A stretch of 64,000 nt of DNA, from the NCBI RefSeq assembly GCF_006345805.1, contig NC_043014.1:36766001-36830000 (forward strand), given 5' to 3'. This DNA is from Octopus sinensis. Taxonomy: Eukaryota. Of this stretch, positions 52,700-64,000 are shown piece by piece. Within the stretch, counting starts at the first letter, position 1; every line of letters begins with the position of its first letter. The notes beneath the pieces were generated by a model. That model had not been told where the DNA came from. It did not search any database and worked only from the letters and a program-made list of their open reading frames with translations. Both the position numbers and the translations under genes were made by a program.

Positions 52700-53565
52700 A
52701 TTCAACCTCTTTTGGCGTTGAAACATCTAACAAGTCATAACAAGCTTTCATCGGTATTTCTTCTCTTTCTTCAGTATATCTAGTCTTCAACTGGTTCAAA
52801 TGCCGTTTCTGCTATCCTATTTGACCTTTTATTATGTACATCATAATTATTCTTTTCGTCACTATACCGTCCTCCCAACATTGTCTTCCATTTTCATATA
52901 TTTTGAAATGAATTTTATCTCCCACATTAAAATAATTTGTTTTATTTCTTGGGTTTTCCCTATAAGTTTTTTGTTGGTAACTATTTATCAATAATTGATT
53001 TCATCTTCCGGGCAAACATTAGCTCTGCAGGTGACTTGCCTGTAGAGGTGTTCGGGTTAAGTGTTACCCTGTAAACTCTTAAGAATTGAGTCAGTGTTGC
53101 ATCATTGCCTAATTCCTTTCCTGCTTTTTTTAGTACCCGTTTAAATATATCTTCGAACCTTTCTGCTTGCCCATTCGATCTCTCACAGAAATTTCAAATT
53201 CGTACCCCGAAAACTGCATTCCGTTATCCGATAATATTGTGTTCGGGACACCGTATCGCGCAAAAAGTTCGTGAAGAAACTTCATTGTTACCTTCAATGT
53301 TGGTTGACTGCATTTACATATCTCAGACTACCTGGTGTAGCTCCCTACTATGATCAGATAATACGCGCCGTTTACCAGTCCAGCAAAATCTATATGTAGC
53401 CTGGACCACGGACTGCCTGTCTGAGGCCACGATTGGAATTTCGCCGGTGGTGACTTTGCTGCGAGAGCACAACCTCTGCAAGATATCACCATTTGTTCAA
53501 TATCATGGTCCATAGCAGACCAATACACGTGACTCCTCATTACTGATTTCATTCTTGAAAAACCT
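52700..53565 (-). mobile_element. Gypsy integrase relic in intron 2 of gene A
   Basis: HPGFSRMK...CRGC zinc finger, RLHIDFAG, FARYGVP...SDNG. Confidence 0.85.
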
Positions 53566-54687
53566 GGGTGTCCCATATGAAATTAACTTAATACAGGCTT
53601 TGGTAGTGTGGCTGGCACTACAACTCTTTGTGCATACATCAACACATTATCACAAAGAGAAAAATGGTTCACATTTATTTTCTTTTACCTTCAACGTTTC
53701 TTTCCTCTTTGCAATAAATTTGTCATTCTCCGATTTTAGTTTTATATCTTAAACAGTTACTTACAGCACCCGAATGAAATTCAGGTGTCGGAGTGGAAAT
53801 TTAGTGCACGAGGACATGCGATACAAGTAGCATCAGATGTCCAAGTAGAAGAAAGCTAATTAACATCTGCAAATACATAGGAAAACCGTTTGATCTATAT
53901 CAAACAGTTATTTAAGGAGCTTAAAAACCCTCACGACCATGGCTAGCTTTCGTCCTTCTCAGATAGTTATGAGCAGATGTTTTGATGCGTTGAGGTGCTG
54001 GAAACAGCTAATTAAGCCCTGTATAGATGAGTTACGAAGTGGACGGTCATATGTGTTTCGACATAACCTTTGCATCGTCACACAAACCCATGTAGTCCAA
54101 GAATGGATGATAAGCAATCCTTACAATCATGCAACACAAAACTTGTGGCCTCCAATCTCCTCAGATGATCTACTAGGTTTCAAACATTGCTGAAAGAGAA
54201 ACTCATAAAGATCCTCATAATACCACAGCTTCACTGAAGGCCGGTATTGTCCAAATGACGACCGAAATTGATAAAGTCCATTTAATGCAGGCATGTCAAC
54301 AATTCCGGTTTCGCATCGAAGAATCAAAGGTGAAAACGGATTTACAGAATAATAGTTTTATAAGAAAGCTTATTGAGAACTCATGCACAATTTTTTATCG
54401 AACTACATTTCGTTTTCGCTAGATTAGAGTAATTTTATTAAATTACCAAATATGTCCTTAAATGTTTCTCGCACCTTATACATCAATTAGCGAAGGCATC
54501 CACTTCATTCTCCCGAAAATAGCACAACTACACACTGTACATATTTTCTAGATTACTTTAAACACTATGAAAAACAGAAATCTAAAAACAAAAGTAAAGT
54601 TGCACAGGAAAAACATGCAATAAAAATAACACTTCTGAAAATCAATAATAATGGAAATGCATTAGTGAAAAAAATAGTAAAACTAAC

Positions 54688-55008
54688 CTTTCATAAACCT
54701 AGGTTTCGAAACTGCTATCATAGTGCCACATTTGTAGTGTGCTACATCTCTGCAAGTGGGATTTCGTTTCCAGCAGGTAACCTCACCTTTATTGCAATAA
54801 GCTAAAGTACAGTCGAAACCATCCTTATAGATAATTCTTTTAAATCTTTTTGTGGACTTGTAGTATTCCATATATACAACTAAAACTTCGTTTCTCAATA
54901 GTTTGAGATTAAGAAGGTTCTTCATCTTATACCGACATGTTATAGTCATTTTAGATGTCATTCCAATGTCAATACCATTAGCGGGCGTCATTTTTGTTAT
55001 AGCAAAGT
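54688..55008 (-). CDS. Gene A exon 2: V-like Ig domain (FAITKMTPANG...ITC...VTCWKRNPTCRDVAHYKC...FMK)
   Basis: Acceptor cttacag|AC, donor AAAG|gttagt, 321 nt open frame. B-strand Cys and D-x-A-x-Y-x-C F-strand motif. Same length as the gene B V exon. Confidence 0.85.
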
Positions 55009-55060
55009 CTGTAAGTAGTAAACAAATGAGAGAAAGATCTTTAAAAAATATATAATTTTA

Positions 55061-55228
55061 GAAGAAGAAGAAGAAGAAGAAGAAGAAGAAGAAGAAGAAG
55101 AAGAAGAAGAAGAAGAAGAAGAAGAAGAAGAAGAAGAAGAAGAAGAAGAAGAAGAAGAAGAAGAAGAAGAAGAAGAAGAAGAAGAAGAAGAAGAAGAAGA
55201 AGAAGAAGAAGAAGAAGAAGAAGAAGAA
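55061..55228. repeat. Pure (GAA)n tract upstream of the gene A V exon
   Basis: Direct inspection; same position as in gene B. Confidence 0.95.
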
Positions 55229-55404
55229 TATATATTAGAAGAAATGAGGTACTCAGAAATTCGGATGGAAAAAATTGCCGACAGTCCATGAGAGGTTACA
55301 TTTCTGAAGTGACATACAGGTTGCGGTGAATAAATGTCTTCTAAATTACGTAAAATTGAAAATAACGGTGACATCTCCATTTTAACAGATATATTTACCA
55401 AAAT

Positions 55405-55481
<77 letters not shown>

Positions 55482-55484
<3 letters not shown>

Positions 55485-57430
55485 TATCTCTTATTATAAA
55501 AGGCAGATTTTATCTGCCTCCCTTTGTCTCTTATAGAAATCTACAATATAGGATTTCTTCAATTACAATTTACCTAGCATTTTTAAGAGTAGAATAAATC
55601 GGGTCGTGCCAGGTCCAGTTTTTAAAATTTCAACCCCAATTAAGCAAAATTTAGAGAAAACTCACATTGTGGTGTGTAAGTCAAGTGCTTTTCTTAGTGT
55701 GGGCTACAGCACACGCACACACACACACAAAAACGGAGCGATCTGCTTCACTCACGCTATCACCCTAATTTCTACTCCTTTTTCTTTGCAAGTGTGCAAC
55801 GATTAAAGTGAAACTATTTCTATAAAACGAGAGAAGTGTACCTTGAACCACTACTCAAAAAAAAAACAGCAAACAGAAACAAATAAATACATAACGATTT
55901 ACTCCTCACACAATTTCTTCAATTATAGTTTACCTATGATTTTTACAAGTACTTCCATTCGGTCATGCCATACAAAATTTCTTTCAATTTCACCCCCAAT
56001 TAAGACAAAATTCGAGAAAACTCAATATTTTAACATTTCACTCCGAAAGCATTGATGTACATGTGTGCGTGCGTGAGTGTGTGTGTGTGTGTGTGTGTGT
56101 GTTTGATGGGATGTGCGACACAGAAAGTGTGGTGTGTAAGTGAAGTGCTTTTGTTAGTGTGTGTAAAGAGACAGAGAGAGTAATGTTGTGCTGTGTACCT
56201 AAAGCACGCACACACACACACAAGCGGAGCGCGAACTTCAAAACAACTTCGCGCGCTATCTATCTGGTTTGCCATTCCTCAGACACACGCATACACATAC
56301 ATATATGACAGTGACAAACACAAATGTTTCAAACAACTACATACAAACACTCAAACACACACACACGTGCGTGTTTGTTATTAGTAAAAAAGGCGCCAAA
56401 CACAACTCACTTCTCATTCGAACACATTTGCAAAAACACACCGACGGTCGGATTGCCATAACAATACAGAAAAGGTAAATTGGTTTTTAATTTACTTTCT
56501 GTCGTTAAATTTTGGTAGTATTAATTAGCGAGCGTACTTCTGTTGTCAATTGTTGACAGAAAGAAATTGTAAGCTAAGAAGGTGTGTGTGTGCGTGTGTG
56601 TGTGTGTGCGTGCACGTGTGTGTGTGTGTCTGTGTGTGTGTGTGTAAGTGTGTGTGTGTGTGTGTAGGAAGTGAAGGATAAAAATATTGCAAGAAGTGGA
56701 CAGATGTACATATATACATCCATACATACATGTGTGTGTGTCTATGTATGTGTATTAATGTGTACGTGTTATCTCTATATAAAGCTGACGTTGTCTGTGT
56801 GCGCCACGTTTGGTAACCTTCAACTAACACTATCTCCTCCGAGACCCTGCGGTGCAAGTTGACCAAAATTGAGAGTATGATAGAAGAAGGGTTGCTCTTC
56901 CTTCCGTAGAACATAAAATTCAAATCGGACCATGTTAACACCAAAAATTATTTACATCAAAAAGCTGCTTTTTTCTATGAAAATCCCTATTTTTTACGAT
57001 TTTTTCACTGCTGTGAGGCCACTTTTCGGTATATTTCGACCAGAAAAATTTTCACAAAATTTTTACTTTTCAAAATTACAATTCCAGCGGGTCGAAACAA
57101 ACCCGAGCAACGCCGGGTGATACTGCTAGTCTTATGATAAAAGGCAGATTTTCTCTGCCTCCCAAACCGTTCGTTTTTTATACAATTCTACAATATAGAA
57201 TTTCTTCAATTGGAATTTACCTGTCATTTTTCCAAGTAGATTCCATTGGGTCATGGCATGTAAAGTTTTTTCAATTTCACCCCCAATTAAGCAAAAATTC
57301 GAGAAAACTCAATATTTTACGATTTCCCTCTTTCATTTCAAGTGCTTCACTCCTACCATTACCACTACACTTTCTCCTCCTTTCTCTTTGCAAGTGTACA
57401 ACAATTAAAGTGAAAGTATTTATATAAAAG
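55482..57430 (+). mobile_element. Non-autonomous Helitron (55482-57129) followed head-to-tail by a truncated copy (57130-~57430)
   Basis: A|TCTTA...AAAAGGCAGATTTT head twice; junction CTAG|TC. Confidence 0.8.
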
Positions 57431-57551
57431 GGATGAGCAATTAATACTGGTCATCCTTTTTGCTAGAAGAAGATCTGCTATGGTCTTATATGATACACCA
57501 CTGGTTTTCAATTCATATTAATCAAATTAATATTCAATTTTTCACCCTTAT

Positions 57552-57606
<55 letters not shown>

Positions 57607-58254
57607 TAGCAATTCGTATAAAATTGCATCAATGACTTGAACTTGAATAAGTGGTTTCACATAAATGGGGATACATTAAAAAGGTTTGTTGTTATTATTA
57701 TTACTGTTTGACTATTATAATCACGTTTGTTGGTTCCTCGTCAGGGAAACGTTGTTGTGTTGCATTTGTTAAATAATTGTAAACTGTAACCCTCCCCCTT
57801 TCGGAGAAGGGGCTTTGGTTATTGTTTTAAAATTGAATTGTGTCCCTGTTTGGGGAAATTGACAATATTTTCACCGTCTTTACGGAAGCATTTTTGTTAA
57901 AGTGTCTTCGATAGAAGAAAGTCCCAAAATGAATTTCGCTGCAGCCGTACACTTCTATACAAGAGGGAGGACAAGATCCAATTGATCGAAATTTCAAGAG
58001 ACGGGCCTACAATTCCAGTCTGTTATATATTTTGAGTATTGTTATCACTAGCGATATCAAGATATAACTTTCTATTTTGTATTTTATGTGTAGATGTATA
58101 TATATATATAGATGTACATGTAATATGTACACATATATATATACACATATATACATGCATAATATATCTACCCATACACACACACGTACACACACACACA
58201 CATACATAGAGGCAGGTGTGGCTGTGTGGTAACAAACTACGTTCGAAGATACTG

Positions 58255-59551
58255 TACTTGATATGGGCGGTAGTGCCTTGCCGGTCTATGGCCTACCTTC
58301 AACAAACCGGGAAGGCACAAACACTCTGTCTTCACATTTGCTGCGTGAGACATGTTTTAATGTCGACGAGCTTGCCGAGTACATAGCCGACAATGAGCCA
58401 AAGCTCCTTCCAGAACAGAAGTTCGCTTACAACTCCGTTGTTAATTCAGTCCGGGCCAAAGCTGTCGGATATTTTTCCTGGACGCTCCTGGGGGCACTGG
58501 GAAAACTTTTCTCAACAAATTAATATTGGCTGAGATTAGGCGAACACAAGGCATTGCCCTAGCTGTGGCATCATCTGGAATTGCGGCTACTTTGTTGCCA
58601 GGCGGCAGGACAGCTCACTCCACTTTCAAGCTTCCGCTTGACTTAGCGAAGACTGAGACACCAACTTGCAACATCAGTAACAGCTCCGATCAGGCAGAAG
58701 TCTTCAGACGATGCAGGCTTATCGTTTGGGATAAATGCACGATGGCCCACAGAGGTGCTCTTGAGGCACTAGATAGATCTCTCAGAGACATCAAACACTC
58801 TTCAGCTCCCATGGGAGGCATAACACTTCTTCTTTCAGGTGACTTCCGACGAACAATTCCCGTTATTCCCAAAGGGACTAGAGCTGATGCAGTAAGTGCG
58901 TGTCTGAAGTCATCCACATTGCGGCCACTGGTGAAGACTCTCAAACTTCACACCAATATGCGTGCTCATATGCGACGTAATATCACATCAGCAGCATTTC
59001 CTCACACCCTCCTTGCACTTGGCGAAGGCAAAATACCAGGGGGTGAAAATGGTAATATTGCCATCGATTCCATTTGTACCATTGTCAAAACGCCTTCTGA
59101 TCTCAGAGATGCAGTGTTCCCAGATCTACAAGCTAATTATCAGAATATGGATTGGATTGGCCAAAGGCAAATCTGGCCCCGAGGAATAAAACTGTTCACC
59201 ATATTAATGATGAAATGCTAAAACTCATTCCTGGGGAAGTCTATGTATATAAGTCTATCGATACAACTCCTGACCCAGAGGACGTCATCAACTATCCAAT
59301 AGAGGTACTCAATTCCTTTGAGCACCCCGGACTACCACCACACATTCTCAAACTTAAGTTGGTCCCCTATAATGCTCATTAGAAATTTGGTTCCCCCAAA
59401 ACAATGCAATGGCACACGTTTGATCGTTAAGTCCTTATCTCCCACCGTAAACTTATATCAATATTTGCCTGAATAATCATCATAATTCAGTGTAATCATT
59501 AACAGTACTTTCAAGCAATTCAGCCCCGAGCATCGCCGGGCAATTCTGCTA

Positions 59552-59552
<1 letters not shown>
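58255..59552 (+). mobile_element. Helitron 3' part with frameshifted PIF1 helicase
   Basis: ASSGIAATLLPGGRTAHSTFKLP and LSGDFRRTIPV motifs; hairpin cccgagcatcgccggg then CTAG|T terminus. Confidence 0.95.
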
Positions 59553-59589
<37 letters not shown>

Positions 59590-59782
59590 TAGATTTTTTG
59601 CCCACACACTCATGTGCATACATACGTATATACGTATAGGCATACGCACATATAGAAATTTATATTTGCAGATATATACGCGTGCATTAATACATGTACA
59701 CTCATAGCCTTCCATTCACATACATACATACGCGCTTGTGTGTGTGCACATATATCCACGCTTACACATACACGTGCATATA

Positions 59783-59962
59783 TTAGTTTGGTGCATAATT
59801 ATTGCAGCTTTTTCAATAAATTTTATTCAACAAAAAAATAACATTTAACAAAAACCTCTTTAAATGATTATCCTGGAGCATATTCACCATCTACTTTATG
59901 CTTGGTGTTTTGTTTAAATTTTTTGTTGAATAAAAAGTCGCAATAATTCTGCACCAACCTAA
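59783..59962. mobile_element. Mariner-derived MITE
   Basis: TIRs ttagtttggtgcataattattgc / gcaataattctgcaccaacctaa with TA flanks. Confidence 0.8.
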
Positions 59963-60012
59963 TATATATTATAATAATATATATATATATATATTAATAT
60001 TATATATATATA

Positions 60013-60047
<35 letters not shown>

Positions 60048-60181
60048 TCCACTCACGCTTACATACTAATACCCATATGTACACATACAAATATATACCT
60101 ACAAATACACACATACGGATATGTATGTGTACGCATATGCACACATACATAAATACAAATATATACATATATATATTATAT

Positions 60182-60212
<31 letters not shown>

Positions 60213-60289
60213 CATAACAAGAAGGTATTAGGTAGGGTGAAAAAGGGGTGGGAGAAGACTCCCTGAAATATTATTATTATTTATTGTCT

Positions 60290-60745
60290 TTGCACAGCTA
60301 TCGCTGGAGATGTACTACGGTTCCACCTGTTCACTACCAATCAATTAAGGTAACACCCCTTATTTTTCGAGCACCATCCGGAGTATTCGAGCGGTTCCAA
60401 CTAGTGCTGTTTTCTGCAAGTGCTCCACTCATATTGCAGCCCCTATTTGTTCCATGTACTTCTCAAGATTTTTACTCGCTCTTTCCAAGGCTCCAAACAA
60501 TTATTGGTACTACTACCACTTTTTTCATCGATCGCAACTGCTTGACCTCCCAAGCTAACCAGTCATATCTATTGACTTACCTTTCTTCCTTATCGCATAT
60601 CTGGTTGTAAGCCGGGCATGCTATATATATGATCCAGCATCGTTTGCATTATTTCTCAATTAACACTTTGTCCGGCTTCCTATTCTCTATCTCATGGTCG
60701 CATTGAATCATAAAATCCCATAGGATCTTTGCATTATCATTTTCG
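60290..60745 (-). mobile_element. RLE-clade (R4/Dong-like) non-LTR 3' fragment
   Basis: KILWDFMIQCDHEIENRKPD...VVVPII...LQKTALVGTARILR. Confidence 0.8.
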
Positions 60746-60812
60746 ATGATGCCTTCGGGTTTATGTTCGTACTACTACTTTGCTCTGTTAAGTCCATACT
60801 TGTTGCAAAGTT

Positions 60813-60877
<65 letters not shown>

Positions 60878-60879
60878 GC

Positions 60880-61620
60880 ACAGTATCTAGCCTTGAAAAC
60901 GCATATTTGGCGCGATGGGGACATATCGGAATTTTCTCAGCATGCTTGTTTACGAGGTTTTCATTACTCAGCAGGAGGCAAAGATTGCATGTGTTGGATA
61001 GAATATTGTGTAGGTGTGAATTTTTTGTTATTGACCGTTCCATCCTGCAGTCTCTGTATTAGGTCTGCGGGTGAAGTTGCGTGCCGTCTGTTTACCTTAC
61101 GGAGTGATGAGATATGGCTGCGATAACGAACTTTAAATTGATTTTCTGAGATACATATGTATCTGTATTTTTGTTGCAGTATGGTAATTGTGCATTTGTA
61201 TATTATGTTTTTGGGTTTCTTTTTTTTTAAATATTAGTTCACGAGCAGACATGCGGAGGTGCAGTTATTTGTACTATTTTTATTTTTGTATTTATCTGGT
61301 ACCTTTTTGTTTTTGTAATGTTCTGTTTGACTGTCGGTGACTAAAGCGTTCCTGATGTTGCATTCTTTTTTACTGATTCTGTTTTTTAGTTTTTGTTTTG
61401 ATCTTATTGTAACTGTCGGGGACATTATCTAAGTTTTTGTGATTTTCGTTTTGTTCATTTTTGTTACTGGGCCTATATCCTGTGTTGTTTTGATCTGTAT
61501 GTTCATTGTCTACAGACGTTGTTTGCATGTTTATTTTCCTATTGTTGCATTTATGTATGTAGTACTCCATGTTATTTGATGCTGCGTATGATATTTTCAC
61601 TGTATGCTTGTTTAATATAC
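60880..61620 (-). mobile_element. Second Naiad-like PLE GIY-YIG relic
   Basis: KVRYRSH and CNLCL...CPHRAKY motifs. Confidence 0.55.
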
Positions 61621-61935
61621 AATGGTATCTCCAAATTCAAACTTGAAAGTATATAATAATACTACCGATAGCACTAGGTAATTCTGAATGTGGATAAGCT
61701 TTATACTGTACTCTACAACATTCCTAACGGAATATAACACGCCTATGTGTGGGGGGGGGTGTATATACATACCTATGTGTACGTATTGGTATGCGGATTA
61801 TGTGTGAGACAGAGAAATATTAGGATGAAAAAATTACACAACAGCATAGGCAAGCAAAGGACGAATGAGACGAGGATAAGATTGAGTCGTGGAAGTGAAG
61901 AAAATAATATATGACTGCTTTTAGTCTTGACTTAC

Positions 61936-61984
61936 AGGCCGTGGTGTAAGAAGTCATCATCAGTATTTTTATAACTAACAGCAT
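61936..61984 (-). CDS. Gene A exon 1: signal-peptide exon MLLVIKILMMTSYTTA
   Basis: ATG at 61984, 16 codons + T, then GTAAGT donor. Near-identical to 41886-41934. Phase 1 matches the V-exon acceptor (T+AC = Tyr). Confidence 0.8.
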
Positions 61985-62369
61985 CGTTGGTATTAACAAA
62001 CAAGTATAAGACAGATATTGAAATGACAGTTGGCTCCCGGCAACTAAAATATAACCAAGACATGTCCGACTCAGCTGAAAAGTCCACTAGATTTTTGCCA
62101 GTAAATCTACATGGTTTTGTTCTGTACGATGTGGAAGTTATGTACAAAGAAAATTACGAAATCGATGATAGAATGTGTATGAACGCAGGCAAACTAATAT
62201 CGTTCGTACCATTAAAATCATATAAAACACGTGTTGCCACTACTCATCTAACATTACATATACTTGTGAAAAAAATTAAATGGCTTGAAGGAGCAAATGT
62301 GATGTTTTCTAAACGTTGACGATATTGGTGTCCAAGCAAGTAGATACTGTAATATTGTGAACAAACGAA

Positions 62370-62630
62370 TAAAAAGCATTATTATTGAATAACATGTCGT
62401 TAATGTTTGCGTAATCAGTCGTCTGCTCTCAGCAGTGCTTAATTTAAGAAAATAGCACAAATAGAAAGTTAGAAAGTTCTGGAACTAGTTTCTTTCTTTT
62501 TCTGTTGGTTTTTATATTAAGTTTCTGTATGGAAATAGTGTTTTACATCATATATAAAAAATAATCATCAGTTTAAACTTATTCTACAAAATGATGTATT
62601 TATGTTTGTCTATGAAAAGTATTTTTGATC
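62370..62630 (-). promoter_or_regulatory. Conserved upstream block of gene A (putative promoter)
   Basis: Aligns with 42160-42410; contains TTGCGTAAT and aGAAagTTCtgGAAc. Confidence 0.45.
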
Positions 62631-62696
62631 ATACATACATACATACATACATACATACAACATACATACATACATACATACATACATACACACACA

Positions 62697-62754
<58 letters not shown>

Positions 62755-63029
62755 CTGATTTCATCATAATTATAAACACTCTCTTTTTATATATTTATTC
62801 GTTAGCATGCTTGACCACTGATATATTCATGAACAATTTTCTAATTGTTTATAGTATCTCCTTTTTAGTGCAATTTTTACATTCTCTTCTTATATGTGCG
62901 TGTGCACGCGCGTACGTGTGTCTGTGCGCGTTTGTGTGTGTGTATGTGTGTGTATATGTGTGTATGTGTGTATGTGTGTGTGTGTGTGTATGTAAATTAT
63001 ATGATAAAGAATAAAATCATTCATGATTT

Positions 63030-63891
63030 TATCAGGAGGTCAGCACAAAAATAAAAACTGGCAGAGAAAATGGGATGCTCCCTCGCTGCCATATAGAAGC
63101 ATCTTCACTTGATGGGAGAGGTTCAGAAGTATGGACAATGGGTTCCGCATGCTTTAAGTGACAACAACAAAATCTCCGCTGCTTTGTTTGCTCGTCACCG
63201 CTCAATTCATGGAGACAAGCAACGATTTCTTTACCGAATCGTTACTGGCGACGAAAAATGGTGCCTGTACATCAATATGAAGCAGCATAAGGAATGGCTT
63301 AGCTCCAGTAAACAAGCGACACCACGCGTGAAACAAGATCTTCATCCACGTAAAACGATGTTGTGCGTATGGTGGGACTGGGAAGAGATTATCCATTATG
63401 ATTTGCTTGAACGGAACCAAACGGTCAACGCGGAACTCTATGTTCAACAGATGGAAAGACTCAACACGGCTATTCAAGAGAAAAGACCTAATCGGCAGCA
63501 TGGAAATTCTTCTGCTGCACGACAACGCCCGCCCTCATATCGCCAATATGACAAGGAAGCCATTCAAATGTATGGCTAGGAAGTGCTGCCACACACGCCG
63601 TACTCTCCTGATTTGGCACCAAAAGATTTCCAGGTCTTTCGATCTCTTTCAAATGCTATGTGCAGAGTTTCGTTCAAAACTGATGCAGAATTGAGAGCTT
63701 GGTTCTCAATTTTTCGAGTCGAAATCGGGTGATTTCTACCAACGAGGTATTGAAAATATTGTTGAACGTTGGGAAGAAGTTGTAAACAACAAGGGTGTAT
63801 ACATTATTGATTAATTAGTTGCTATTTTTTATTAAACCTTTTTAACATTTAAATTTTAAAAATCGATGGGAACTTAGTTACCAACCCAATA
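63030..63891 (+). mobile_element. 5'-truncated mariner
   Basis: WVPHAL, VTGDEKW, HDNARPH and YSPDLAP motifs; right TIR ...acttagttaccaacccaata followed by TA. Confidence 0.9.
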
Positions 63892-64000
63892 TATAATTAT
63901 ATAATATATATAATATATATCATACATACATACATACATACATACATACATACATACATACATACCTACATACAACACATCATCATCATCATCTGAATTA

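Noticed and set aside
61987-62319. 110-aa plus-strand ORF
   Set aside because: Antisense to the leader exon; the paralogous region has indels and a stop.

Overview
AT-rich, repeat-dense eukaryotic DNA. The SINE families and (TA)n/(TATG)n/(CA)n tracts look octopod-like; this is inferred from recalled repeat families, not a search. Most ORF-track entries are microsatellite artefacts. The host content is a minus-strand tandem cluster of two paralogous intron-containing genes predicted to encode small secreted two-Ig-domain proteins (leader exon, V-like exon, C-like exon; all junctions phase 1, GT-AG). Gene A: 61984-61936, 55008-54688, 51689-51391 (222 aa). Gene B: 41934-41886, 40505-40185, 37955-37651 (224 aa). 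Hand alignment shows a large excess of amino-acid-changing over silent differences, clustered in CDR-like loops of the V domain. Gene B's single leader-V pair is followed by three tandem ~3.5 kb cassettes. Each cassette has its own C exon, an intact sense-strand hammerhead ribozyme upstream of it, and Helitrons sit at both cassette junctions. The rest is a TE mosaic: Penelope-like elements with hammerhead-bearing pLTRs, retrozyme-like repeats, Helitrons, mariners, Gypsy/LINE relics and SINEs. All counts are manual. The cassettes carry scattered 1-nt deletions that look like long-read consensus errors, so copy number needs confirmation.
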